Positions 31,801-48,350 are shown, counted from the first letter of the stretch. The stretch is DNA of 64,000 nt from Blastocystis sp. Blastoise (GCA_039096225.1 JBBPEB010000003.1:248001-312000); one strand, 5' to 3'. Program-made: numbers and translations. The notes: a model not told the origin generated them from the sequence alone.

Positions 31801-32177
31801 ATAAACGATTAGAATCAGAAATAATACTAGTACCAATATTACTAATAGTATCCATGTTTATAGTATGAGTTGAATCACTAGTAGAGCATTCAATAGAACT
31901 ATAATAGGTTGTAAATACTTATAGTTATAAATATAATTATACGCTAATGGCAGTATTTGTTGTTTTTGAGTTTCCCTTTCTATTTCTAAGGAACTATTAG
32001 GTGAAATAACTTCAATATCATCATCCTGTTGATTATTAACGCAGATACATGTCTCTTTAATCATTTCTTTTTCTTCAGAGGCAATTGATGACTATAATTA
32101 TTAGTAGTTATATAAAGAAACATGCATATAGTGATGTTATATACTACTATTTTATTAAAATATGAGGTTATATCCAT
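28832..32177 (-). CDS. hAT transposase (ZBED5/Buster-like), spliced
   Basis: ATG at 32177 (MDITSYFNK). Two short GT-AG introns join ORFs 31858..32064 and 29627..31855 in frame, and further intron(s) join 28832..29335. BED finger CLICG...HFMKH; catalytic motifs LQLDESTD, CFDGASAM, HCYLHRE, RWLSR and PFPTSYLCERGFS..KSKYRNQL are all intact. Confidence 0.93.
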
Positions 32178-32486
32178 GGTTTTATTATGAGGATGTAATA
32201 TTATTATTTTTCTGTGAATATTTTTTTTTCTTAAAAAACCGTGGTTTTTTTTAAAATAAAAATGTAATTATTCACGGAAATATAAACCTACCCAACCATA
32301 TTTTAAATTTTTTTTTTGTACCCAAGATAGAAGTTCGTGGCGAACCCTGCTAACTTGATAGATTCAGTAGTGTGTTTTTTTGCTCTACGTCATTTTGTTA
32401 GTAAACTACATGACCTCCTCTAGAAGGATCAACGAAACCATCTATTCTTTTTTAATTTTTTTTTATTATTGAAAAGCCCTCACAGG

Positions 32487-35272
32487 ATGAAATTTTTCAT
32501 TATTTTACTATTGGAGCTACTTATTTTATCATGTATGTCTAGTTTATACTATACCTATTTTTCTTAGCTTCATTGGAATGCCAATCTGGAGAAAAACCTA
32601 TTCACGCTATAAGAGTCTATACTAAGAATCCAAATGAAGAAAGCTTTAATATATACGAAGGATCTACAATTGAACAAGGTACTAAAATTTTTGAGATGGA
32701 TGGTAGTGGTATTCCTAGCGACAATGAAGAGGCAGTTACTATAGAAGGAGATCTATGTATTAAACCTAATACTGAATATCTTCTTCATATGGCTGATTCG
32801 TATGTTTTCTTTTACTATAATTATTATTTTTCATTTTTTTTGTTTTTATATATATAGAGTAGAAGACGCATGGTCTGAAAGTTCATATGTTCGATTGACT
32901 TATAATGATATGTTGCTTATTGAAAGTCGTATTGCTTACAACATTGATGCTGGTGACGAAAAAACTCTTCCTTTCTCATGTAAGTTTTTTTATTGTTTTT
33001 AGTTCTTATTCACTATATAAAAATCTTTTTATAGTAAATATTCCTCTTGATTTCGGTTCTTCTTGGTATTATTCAACATCACCAGAAACGACATCAACAT
33101 GGATTCTTGCTGATGTGAGTTATTGGCAATCTTTTAATACCGGATCTTATCCTAAGGTCTCTTCAATAACTAGATATTATAGAAAGAACATTGAAAATCT
33201 TCCAGATGATCTTTATTTGTATTCTATTAGTACAAAGAGTAATTGTGGCTTTATTATTTATTTTAATGGTAATGAAGTATTCCGATACAACGTACCTGAG
33301 TATGTAGATAAATATATATATATTTAATATTATTCTATAAATAAATATTGTAATATATTTTATTATTATTATATATATATAGGACTGGTGTCACTTCTGA
33401 TACTCCTTCTACTTCTACTTATGAACCCGCTCTTCGTCAGTATATATATTATTTATATATAATTATTATATAATTATTTATATATAATTATTTATATATA
33501 ATTATTTATAATTCTTTATATATATCAAATAAATAATAATTATATATATAGTGGTATTACTCACAAGTCTGTCTATGTTCGTACGGATAAGATCTTAAGA
33601 ATAGCTATTGAAGTTCATGCTACTGAGGAATTACTTGGTACTGAAGATCCTTTCGATTTTGCAATTATCGGTGCTATTGGCGATTGTATATATATATATT
33701 TCATTTTTGATCTATTTTATATCTATATATTTTATTATTTTTGACTTATATATATCTATATAGTGGGTTTACATCTGAATACTGATATTAAGTGCTATAC
33801 TGCATTAGGTCGTGGGGGTAAATGCAATGCTTTAAAAGATGGTGATTATACTTCAAATGCTTCTTTTAAAGAAATGCCTGTTATTGTTGAATTAGAAATT
33901 AAAACAGAGAATAAAGAGAAAGATTGGTTTAATGCTTATGAATTAGCTGCCCAAACTGGAAGTAGTTATCCTACAGAATGGAGTTTATATGGTTCAGATA
34001 ATAATGGAACTACATGGATACAATTAGATTATCAATTGAATTATCCATTTACAGAAGAATCTTATGGTACTACATTCCCTCTTCCTACAAATGTGAGGGA
34101 ATTTAATAAAGTTCAATTAGTTATTACTAAGAATTCTGGTAATTCAGCTAATACTTTTTTCTATGAAATTCTATTGAAGAAAGTGTCTGTAGCCGTTAGT
34201 TCTTCTTATTTCAACTATAATAATGAACTTATTTCCTATGCTGTTGGTGATCCTATTTCAGAAGTTCCTGAGAGTCAGGGTGCATATAACTTTACGATTG
34301 AGCCTGAATTACCTGATTATTTAACATTCGATAAGAATACAGGTTCAATCGGTGGATATTTCAAGGAATCTACTCCCTATCAATTATATACTATTACTTC
34401 TAGTACTGTAGAAAAGAGTCAGATTATCGCTTTATTTACTACAGATATGACTCCTCCTCAATGTGCTGCTGAGGGTATATGGGAATCTACTATGGGTGGT
34501 CTTATTATTACTCTTCCTTGTTCAGAAGGACAAGAAGGAGAAATTACTCGTACATGTACTTCAGAAGGACAATGGGAAGATGCTGTAGATACTTGTAAAT
34601 TATATTGTCCTGAAGATGGTGAATGGCCTAAGACTGAATCCAATAGTAATGCTTCTCTTGGATGCTCAGGAGGAAGAGAAGGTAGTTATTCAAGATATTG
34701 TTTATCTACTGGTTACTGGGATAACTCTATTGATACTTGTGCTTATTATTGTCCTAAAGAAGAAAACTGGAAGAAAACAAAACAAGATACTGTTGCTTCT
34801 ATTGTTTGTCCTTTTGGTTATGCTAGTGATGCCACAAGACAATGTGATAGTTTAGGAAACTGGAATGAACCTATAGGAAATCCATGTGAAGCTTATTTAC
34901 CTTGTTATGGCTTATATTATCTTTTCGAAGGTAAATGTGAATTATGTTCTAATGGTATTTTAACTAAGAATGCTCAAGGTGTAAATATTGATTGTACACA
35001 CTGTTCAGATGATGAATATGTTGTTAATAATATATGTACCTCTAAGAAGAGTTGTGGTGCTACTATTATTAATAATATATCTTTTGATAGTACTTATGCG
35101 AATCATTTTGGTATGCCTAAATGTACAAGTGATCAGTCATTCGGTTATTATGCTCAGGAATGTCAAGATAGTGATAATAATATGGATTCCATTTGGTCAA
35201 ATGTTATTGAACATGAAATGTGCTGTATGTTGTTATATTTATAGTTATTATATTATATATTATTATGTTTAT

Positions 35273-35322
<50 letters not shown>

Positions 35323-36293
35323 TACAAAGCCTGAGGTAATGGATGGTCAAGTTCAACAAGAAATGAATTTGAATATTCAGAACTTAAATCCTTTTGAAGA
35401 TCCCTTTATGATGTGTTATGTCACTTCTAGAACTCTTATTAAAATGTTCCATTATACACTCTCTAATCTACTTGTTACATCTAATCTTAAAGAATCAACT
35501 TCTGTATATATATAAATAATAATAATAATAATAATTATAATAATATAATAATATATATATTTAGAATAATCCTGTGAGTAACCTTGATGTTTATTTTGCT
35601 TCAAATATTGTTAATTATGATGAATTCATTGAGTCTTTAGTAAGTGATAATAATAAGCATTCTTTCCTTCGTATGTTAAAGACGGAACGTCTCTATTTCC
35701 CTGAGAATATCCAAGCTATTACTACTGTTCAATCTCCTCTTATTCAAAATGCTCCTGCTTGTGCTGCTACTAGTGAGACAGGAATAGAAATACCCTTATA
35801 TAGCTATTCTCCTTCTAAATGTGAAGATAGAAGTGTTAGAGGCTATTGGATTTATCAATGTCAACAAGTTCTGTTTAGATCTGTTCTTGTTCCTATTCAA
35901 TATATTACTTGTCCTCAAACATATCCTTATATATTATATAAGATCACTATAAATGATATATCGGTATCTCAACTTCATAATGAAAATTATATTGGTTTAT
36001 ATCGTGCTATCCTTAGTTATCATAATCAAATTATTTCTTCTATTCATGTGCTATATTATGAAAATGAATATACTGAAGAATCTACAAATACTAATATATA
36101 CTTTTCTATACAAACGCCATCAGATATATATGAAGTTAGTACTGTTCTTTCTACTTTTGATACTGAACAAAAACAAAAGTTTATGAATCAACTTGAAAGT
36201 CAATATCAATGGTTTGTTACCGATATCTCTATCACCACTACTGTTAAAACTAGTGATTCTACTAGTGATTCTACTAGACGTTTAAGAGGTTAA
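32487..36293 (+). CDS. Large secreted multidomain Cys-rich protein, copy 1
   Basis: Signal peptide MKFFIILLLELLILSSSLEC; discoidin/galactose-binding-like YPTEWSLYGSDNNGTTWIQLD; Ig-like PELPDYLTFDKNTGSIGG; three C-x-x-x-G-x-W..T...C..G..TR-x-C...G-x-W repeats; ends RRLRG*. Eight GT-AG introns. Confidence 0.85.
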
Positions 36294-38722
36294 ATTATTT
36301 GAAGACAATATATATTTTTATATATACTTTTATTCATATACTCGTTTGCTATATATACATATATATAGTTTTTATCAATATCTATTTTTTTTTTTAATTG
36401 TTTAATTATATGTTTTTTTTTAAATATATATATATATTTTCTTTTTAATTTAACATTATCATTCACGATGTCATTTATTTATATAATGTTTTTGTCTATT
36501 TATATTCATATCTTTTATATTCAAAAGTATATATATATATATTGTTTTCAATTATTTTTCTTTTATTGTTTTATTTAACCTTTTCTTGTATTATTTTATA
36601 ACCTTTTTCGTTATTATTTTTTAACTATTTCCTTTATTATTTTATAACCTTTTCTTGTATTATTTTATTTAATCTTTTCTTTTATTATTTTATATAACCT
36701 TTTCTTGTATTATTTTTATAACCTTTTCTTTTCTAAATTATTTTCTTTACCTCATTTCATTATTTCTTTTGACATTTTTCGTCATCTATTACTAGATATA
36801 TATACTTAAATTTCTTTATTTCGTTTTGTATATCTCTTATTTATATGTATATTAATTATAAAAATATGATTCTTTATTTTGTATTCCTTCTTCTAGAGTA
36901 TTATATAATATTATATGTATATATGTCTTCTTGTTCTATTTTTCATTTTTCCTTTATTGATTTTATCATATTTTTCAGTTATAGTTATTTTTCCAAATTT
37001 AATTTTTTTTCAATTTAAAATTGTTTTTTTTTCTTATATTTTAAATATACTATATATTTATATATATCTCAAATCTATTATCTTTTTATATAAAGAAACC
37101 AGTACATTTTAGTATGATTCATTCTTTTCGTTTCTTTTATTCCTTATATATATAGTATAGTATATATTTTTTCTTTTTAGTTTCTCCTTTTATATATTAC
37201 CTTTTCTTTATTCTATTTTATATGTATTTATTCTCTTTTTTTACTAGTCATATTTCTCGTCTTTGTTTCAAATTTGATTATTATCTTTTTAGCTTATTTG
37301 TATTTTCAATATTCTAATTCTTATCATGTTTTTTTTTTTATAAAGAATATTATCTTTATTTTTTTTTTGTCTATATTTGTTATATAAAAAATTTCTATTT
37401 GTTGTTAGTGTACATTTATACTTCTTTTTTAATACACGTTTAAAAGAATAAAGTTCCATACTCTTTTTTAATGATTCTTATCTATTTTTTATTGTTTAAA
37501 GTAATTAATTAAATGGAGTTTTGTTTTTACATATTTCTCAACATATAATTAAGTAAATATAGACACTTTTTTAAATAATAACATTTATCTATATTATGTG
37601 GTAGTATTACAGGGCGTTTTCCAGAATTCTGCTAATTGATTGGATTAAAACACATATATAGCCAATCATATGAATTAGAAATTCAAAAGTTCATTATTAA
37701 TAAATTATCTTATTAAGTCAAGATCACATATATTTGTTGCACATCATATCATATAAAACATTTCCTAGAATTATTAAAATTTATAATATATGCTGTATGT
37801 ATGGAAAAACTATTGTTCACAGAACACATTCTCGCGAATTCTTCTTATTTATTTTCCTGTTTCTTAATTCAATGCTATTAGCATTCCCATATGAAAAAAT
37901 GAAATATAACTATGATTTATATGATTTCAAATTGACACAATTTCAAAAGTATTATTTGAACTCTAGAATATGCACATGAACATTCTCACAGAATGAACGT
38001 ATGATATTTGACATATAAGGAGTATTTTAATGTTTATATATTATTCAAAATTTGAAAAACTATAAAACACAAATTTTATTCCTCTTTAGCATATATATAT
38101 ATATATGCTTACAACAAGATAAGAATAATGATGGTGAAATATTAAAGTAGCATTCCGAAATAAAAGCTACAAATTTTCAATTTTTCTTTTTGTGCTTATT
38201 AACAATATTGAGTAGTATTTTTATAGTATATAATAATATATTATTTTTGTAAACGAATAAGAAACAATTCAAAGACACAATGAATACTTCAAAGTTGGTG
38301 ATTGTTTTCTTGATTGATAAATGCAATGCGACAATAGAAAAAATGAAGGTCTCGAGTTTTCTGATATTCGTTTTTTAAAGAAAGATAAGACTAGAAGAAC
38401 TAAACAAAATGGAAATAACTAATCAAGAAAATAGTCGTAAAAGAAATAAGAAAAATAGGTCAAATAATGATTATCCCCATAAAAACAAAGAAACTATCCA
38501 AAAACAAAAGAAAATAGGATAGTCTTTTGGGTAAGTTTTCTGGTTTAGTTGTTTTTCTTCTTATTGGCTGAATTATCTTTATCCAATTAAAAGAAAGATA
38601 TAATTTAAGGCAAAAAGAAGAATCAGGTGACATCTTGGATTGACAGTCGGAAGATGAAAAAAAATAAATTTTCTTTTATCTCATATTTATTTTATTTTCA
38701 TTGATAATAATACTTGATAAAG

Positions 38723-41700
38723 ATGAATACCTTTACTATTATTATAAGCTTACTCTTCTGTGGTGTCTGTATGCTCTTTTATAGCTAATTAATTATTTTT
38801 TATTTTTTTAAATAATTTTCTTTATTTATAGGCATGGCTGCTTGTGCTGATCCTAATCAATACGAACTTACGTTCATTAGAACATATACTAATCATGCAG
38901 GGGAAGAAGGTGCTTCTTTTTATAGAGGTGACTCACATTCAACTTCTAAGAGATTTCTTGTATTTTCACCTGTAAATGATTATGATGTACAAACAGGTAC
39001 TTATTGTGTTGATAATGGATATTTATTTACTATTGCAAAAACTGATTCGTAAGTTTTTTTTAAATTTTTATAATAGGTAATTTTTTATAGGTATAATTTT
39101 TGGTCTTATGGTTCTCAAGTTGTTGTAAAATATGGAGCTAATAGTATTTATGCTGCAAGCTTACGTTATGAAGAAGTTATGTCAGATATAAAAACTACAG
39201 TTTATAATACTTTTAATTGTAAGTTTTTTTTCTTATGTAGAAAATATGTTAATTATTTATTTCTATTAGTTAATATCTACTTAACTGGCAAGGAAGATGT
39301 AAGATATGGTGATGTTTTCCAGGATAATTACTTGTGGTTGGTTAATGATCCTTCTTTACTTCCAAATCTCGTAGATTCTGCTACTGTTATTGCTGACACT
39401 GTTCGTTATTATCGTATTAATGTTTCTATTCCTACTGATGATGAGTATAATTTATATTCTCTTTCTGTTAAGAGTAATGGTGGATATGTTGTTTATGTAA
39501 ATAAACATATTGTTGGAAATTACAATTTACCCAGGTATAATTATAAATATATTATTTATAATTATTTATAAATATTTATAGTGAAACTCCTACTAGTACA
39601 ACTGAGCCTTTATCAACTGAAACTGTTTCTAAGGAGTATTTATTTCTTATATATGTTTTTAAATAATTTTATTTTTTTAGATTTATTTTTCATGAAGATA
39701 TTGTAGATGTTGTTGGTGGTATACTTTATATTGGTGTTGAAGTTCATTTTAGTTCTTCTCAAATTGGCTTATTAGATCCTTTTGAAGTTATTCTTACCGG
39801 TTTTAAATCTCAAAGTAAATAAAAATATATAAAAATAATATATTTTTTTATTAATATTTATATATAGGTGGTCTTTTTATTGATAAAGATTTTGTTCCTG
39901 AATGTAGTGAAACTGTTCAATTTGAAGAAGGTTCTTATTGTTCATATGCTAATGATAAAAACTCAGGTACTGCTGTAAAATATTCAGAAAAATATGGTTC
40001 TCATCATTCTATTATTATGACTACTAGTGATAATGAACCTGTATGGATAAATGGTTATTCTATATCTAATGGTCCATCTACTGATTCAAGTGCTAATAAA
40101 TGGATTCTCTTTGGCTCTAATGATAAAGAAACTTGGACACAGTTAGATTATATTGAAGAAGAAACCTATGTTTTCCATAAAGAATTAGAAACACGTGTTT
40201 TCTCTTTACGTAGTAATATAAATAAGTACAGCTCCTACAAATTTGAAATACTTGACTCTTTAAAATCATATGGTTTAGGTATTGGTGAAGTTGGCTTAAT
40301 GATCACAGATAACAAAATGATATCTCCTTACTTCACATATAATACTCATAGTATGCAATTCGATACTCGTAGTGAAATTTTTAAGCCTGAACAGTCTGGT
40401 GCTTCTGGATTCAAAATCGAACCTTCAATTGATTCTAATCTTATATTTGATCCAGTTTCTGGAATTATTCAAGCATCAACTGCCTATAAAAACGATGGAA
40501 GCTTAATGATTGAACCTCGTAGTTATACAATTACATGTGAAACTCTACCATTATTTGTATATCCTGTATTTATATATGATGCAATGGATGGAAATATTGT
40601 GTGGTGTGAAGAAGAAGATATTTGGGTTGAATCTGTTGGAGGCTCTACTTATTATGAAAGTTGTCCTACTGGCCAAATTGGTGAATATTCAAGACCATGT
40701 GGAGTAGATGGTGTTTGGGGTGAAATTACAAATACTTGCCATTATGTTTGTCCTGCTGAAACTGGTTATTCTCAAACTGAAGTTGGTGAAACAATTACAA
40801 ATTCTTGTCCTGTTGATAATCAAGATGGTGCTATTTCTAGAACTTGTGAAGCTAACGGTGTTTGGGGAGATATTACAAATACATGTTCTTATTTTTGTCC
40901 TTATGAAAGTGGTTGGCCTAAAACTAGTGCTGATGTGACAGTTACAAAGAGTTGTCCTGACGGTTATACTTCTGATGCTACTAGATATTGTGGTGTAACC
41001 GGTATTTGGGGAGATGTTGTAGGTACTGATGAATGTAAGAAAGTTATTATTTGTACTGGAAATACTTATTTAAGTGGTGATGAATGTGTTGTATGTGTTA
41101 ATGGTATTATTGGTCAAGATGATACTGGTAATAATGTTAGTTGTACTCCTTGTCAAAACGATGAAGTTGTAGTTGGTGGCGTTTGTGTTTCTGCCTCTTG
41201 TCCTGCTGAAACTGTTGATAGTATTACATATATAAAGACTCCTATTACTTATTATCGTATGCCTAAATGTACTAGTTCTACTACTTTTGGTTATAAACAA
41301 AGATTATGTGCTAATATTGGAGATAGTTCAAATTTAGTTCCTGCTTGGGGTGAAATCAATGATGATATGTGCTGTATATATATATATATATATATTATTA
41401 TTATTATTATTATTATTATTCTTATTCTTATTTTTGCTTTATTATTAATATTAGAATTATGATTATGATGATAATTATTCTTATTCTTATTAATCTATAT
41501 AGATAAAAAAGCTACTACTTATAATGGTCATGTTCGTCAAGAAGTAGATATTGATTTATCTAATGTTGGTACTATTGAAGATCCTTTTGAATTATGTTAT
41601 TATGGTGCTCGTACTCTTATCAAACAATTACCTTTTATGTTATCTAGTCTTTTAGTTTCTACTAATGTCGAACAATTATCATCTGTATATATACATATTA

Positions 41701-42489
41701 ATATATTATATAATATTATGATATAATATAACATTATTTATACTATTTTTAAAATAATATTTATAGATTGAAACTAGTAGTGCTTATGATTTATATATGG
41801 GTACAAATAATGATTTCTATAATGAAGATGTTAAAGTTTTCTTTGATAAATATAAGGAAAATATTCTTGATTTTATTAAATATCATTCTGATAATAAATT
41901 CCCTAATGAAATTGCTGGTGTAGAAAACGTTTTACCTGCTGAAATTAGTGACCCTGATATGTGTGCTAAAAATAGTGAAGTTGATACTACTTTAGAATTA
42001 TATGAATATTCTCCTGATAAATGTGAAGATGGTACTACTACAAGATATAATTTATATCAATGTCAACAAAATATGTTTGAATCTATTCTTACAAAAGTTG
42101 CTAGTATGAGATGTCCTCCTAGAAATGATCCTTATATATTATTTACTCTTACTATTAAAAATGTTCCTACTAAAAAACTTACTTTTAACACTTATATTGC
42201 TATTTATAGAGCTATTATGAGAGTTGGTAATATGTCTCTTAAGAATATGTTTATCACCAGATTCGATGTAAGTTCTACTTCTAGTGCTGATTCTATTGTT
42301 AAGATTGTTATTCAACCTACTGATACTGCTTCTATTGCTACAATTGCTGCAAATCTCATGAACCTTAGTGAATATCAACGTAATAAATTCTTAAGTATCA
42401 TTAAACTTCAAATTAACGTCGCCGTTACAGAATTCGATATTTTGACTGAAGTCTTAAATAATGGCTCTAGAAGATTAAGAGGTTTATAA
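38723..42489 (+). CDS. Large secreted multidomain Cys-rich protein, copy 2 (tandem paralog)
   Basis: Signal peptide MNTFTIIISLLFCGVCMAAC. Same domain order and equivalent intron positions as copy 1; ends RRLRGL*. Confidence 0.85.
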
Positions 42490-43365
42490 GTCTTTATCAA
42501 GTAATCTATTTTTTATTTATTTTATATTCTTATTATATTTCATTTAATAACTTTTAATTTAATTTAATTTATTTTTTTTAAATTTAATTTATTTATATTT
42601 CTTTTTTCTTTTAATTTAATTACTATATATACATATATATTTATTCATATTTCTATTTTTCTTTATATAAACTTAGACTTCTTTATATACTTTTATTATT
42701 ATTTTATGAAATTATTTTCATACATGCATCTATTGAAATTACAAAAAAAAAAAAAATTACAATTATATTATTCTTTTTTTCCTTATAAGTATTCATTTAA
42801 TATTTATTAGTAATAAAAATTTATTCCTTTTATTCCTTTTATTACTACATTCTTTTTCTTTACTTTTCTTTTCACTTTTCGCTTATAGTCTTAATTTAAA
42901 AATTAATAAATTTTGTTTGGTTTGTATAATGTTAAGAAACTAAAAATATATGATGATATGATATGCATTTGTTATTTAAAATAACTAAGAAAATAATCAA
43001 TAAAATAACTAAATTGATGAATACTTTTATTAAAATATATATAGATATATACTTATAAATACAGCGATTGTTTTTTTTTATAAATTATATTTAGCTGGAG
43101 TAATCAATCTCTAAATGTAAAACAAAGAGAATCAAAATTATATATTAGTTTGAAATTTGCATAATTCTGTGCAAGATATGTAGGTAGAGATGTCAGTGTA
43201 ATAATTCATACATATATAAGAACTAAGATATTTAAGTTTATAATATATATATCAGAATAACTATTATGACAAGAATTCCGACTTTTTTTGATTTCCTCAG
43301 TGTAATTCTATTTTTTAACAAGAAAAAAAAGAAAACAACACATTGATAAGTTTTGTTATTTGAAC

Positions 43366-45585
<2,220 letters not shown>

Positions 45586-46135
45586 AATCAAAATTTATTG
45601 AATTTCTTTATTGTTTTAAAATTATGGTCTTTTTTTATTCCAATAAAAATATGTAAATATATATAAATATATATTTGGTTAAATAGCGACTCTTTTTAAA
45701 TAACAATTAACATTTTCTGTTCTAATTTTTTTACTAGTATATTATTAAGAATTTTTTTTAAATTAACAAGATATAAAATTTTTTTTATTCATATTTAATA
45801 TACTATATATGTCAAAGTATCTTTTTATATATATTCTCACGTGAATGTCTCATTTATGTTTATATAATATGTAGCATCCTTTGAATAACGAGCTTTATTT
45901 AATATTTGACAAATTATATATAAAAAGGTGTAAAAATGGATGTAGTCTATTTATATTTATTTTTGTTCATAAAAAACTATTAAAAAACTAATCAGTTTTG
46001 TGTTTAGATTTAGTGTTAATAAAATGTTCATATATAATAGTTCTATTAAAAAAGTATAGCATAAAATAGAAAACAAAACAAAGGTCTAGTTCCTTATAAT
46101 TTTATTTAATAAGATAACCACTTGAATTATATATA

Positions 46136-48350
46136 TTAATTTTGTTTAGGATCTACATTCACCCAATCAAAGTTATATACATCAGGAAGACCTTCATGAG
46201 AAGGATTCTCAGGATGTATTTTCTCAAATTCAGACCATCTATAATATTATAATAAATATAAATATAATAAATATATATAATAATTATAAATATAATAAAT
46301 ATAAATATAATAAATATATATAATAAATATAAATATAATAAATATAAATATAATATAATAAATATAAATATAATATAATAAATACAATAAATATAAATAT
46401 AATAAACATAAATATAATAAATATACGAGAAAGGTTTAATATTTTGATGTGTAGGTCCAGAGATAGCAATAGTAGTGTGATTCATCATAAGAGAAGTAGA
46501 AGTGATTTTAGAATCAATACCTCCAAAAGCAGCATGGTTAGGATAACGAAGATCATAACGAGAGGAAATAGAGTAACATATATTAAGGATATATATATAT
46601 ATATTGAGTAATATCATAAAATAATTTTTTTTTATAAATATAAAATAATATGATGGAATATATATATATATATATATATATATAATGATATTCTTTCAGG
46701 ATGTCCCTCGGAAAGTGGGTCTGTTTCATATTCATTAAATTGCATTATATGTTTCATTGATTCTATATCTTGAACATTTACTTATATATATATATATAAT
46801 ATTATATAATATAATAAACCTAATATATATATATATATATAATGAATATATAATATTTAATAAATGATGAATATAATAGGTATACTATCTATGATAATAC
46901 TTACTTGTTCTCTATCGAATATTCTATGTCTGGAGCAGTTATAATAATCATTCTCAGCACCAGTACCCTTAGAAGGATAACCAGAATGTTCATATATAGA
47001 ACGTATATAGGGTATATTATAAGAAGACCAATATGTTTGATTCTTTAAAATAGAGGAGACATCTCTCACTTCATATTCTCCTGGAATTTGTTCAGATATA
47101 ACAAGAACGTTTTCTTCTTTATCTTCAGCTGCAGTGACATCTAAAGCCATCCATTGATTATTATAAGTACCACTGTTATATTTACCAAAGATTTCAATCC
47201 ATTCCCGTGGGGATCCAGCCATTCTAGAAGCGACAACACTTCTCTAAATAGTATAATAATAATAATAAACAAAATAATAAGAGTATTAATATTATATGTA
47301 TATATATATATATATACAATCCAACAAGGTACGGTTGTCGGTATAACTCGTTTTAATACTTCTTCATCATAAACACTATTTGTAGTCTCCATAGCAATTA
47401 TATTATTAGAAGTAGTATAATAATCATCCTTACTAGAAATGAAACCAGGAGAAGAAGAGAAACCAACTGTTTTGGCGTTGATAATATCAGAACCATAATT
47501 AAGAGTATAATATTTATAAATTCTTAACATGGCTGCATAATTTCTCCACGTAGTGTGACCCGCGTATAACTGACCATCCTTAGAACGTTTTATAAATGCA
47601 GAACAATCATAACCAGTACGGAACTATATATATAAACAATAAATTATTTTTTTATAAAATAAAAATAAAAAAACAATAAAAATAAAAAACAACATATATA
47701 CTTCTGCTTTATCTTTTAAGAAAATATCTAATAATGTTTCCATATCTCCATCGCTATTATGCATATATAAATCAATTAAAGACACTTGATGTTCCTCATC
47801 CATCAGGGAATTATATCCTGTTTGCATTCCTTTTAATTGTACTAAAACTAAACGGACATTTTCCCAATATAAATCTTCAGTACTATTATGATTTTGAATC
47901 ATTTTTTCCATCCAATCCATTTGATCTTGAAGAAATTGATATAAGGCAGTAGGAACAGCCTTATTACCGAAATTAATGTTCTTTATATTCTTCATATGTT
48001 GTTCAATATGATCTAAACTCGTATAACCTTCGGCAAAACTACAACAATTATAAACAAATATGAATAAAAAAGAAAGGTGTAAATAATTTAATAAACATAA
48101 ATAGATACCCGACTGCAGTGGCTTGAACATCTAAAGGATATTCTTCATTTGTTTCAATCTTTAAAGTATCCCAACCAGTTACATTCATTGTTTCTAAATA
48201 TTCTACTTTAGCAACAAGATCATTTGAAGAAAAAACTCCTTTTAAAGGGTATATTGTTTGTTTTTCTTTATCGTAACCGAAAGATATCACAGAAGCTTCT
48301 ACAGCTAAAATCAAAAATATATATAAGAAATAATTCATTATGTTACTCAT
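46136..48350 (-). CDS. Phospholipase B-like (PLBD, Ntn-hydrolase) precursor
   Basis: Signal peptide; TGWDTLKI, AVGFAEGY, nucleophile DCSAFIK, AGHTTW, SSSPGFISSKDDYY, METTN, YNSGTYNNQWM, YWSSYNIPY, ISSRYDL and GGIDSK. Confidence 0.94.
46573..46691 (-). other. U12-type (minor spliceosome) AT-AC intron
   Basis: 5' ATATCATT, branch TCCTTAAT 9 nt before the 3' AC. Removal restores in-frame HPER|SISSRYDL. Confidence 0.8.

Larger units (their letters stand above)
26397..32349 (-). mobile_element. Autonomous hAT DNA transposon (Buster/Charlie-like), 5953 bp
   Basis: Perfect 12-bp TIRs CAGGGTTCGCCA (26397-26408) and TGGCGAACCCTG (32338-32349). Identical 8-bp TSD CTAACTTG (26389-26396 and 32350-32357). 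Subterminal TACCC repeats and an internal hAT transposase. Confidence 0.97.
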
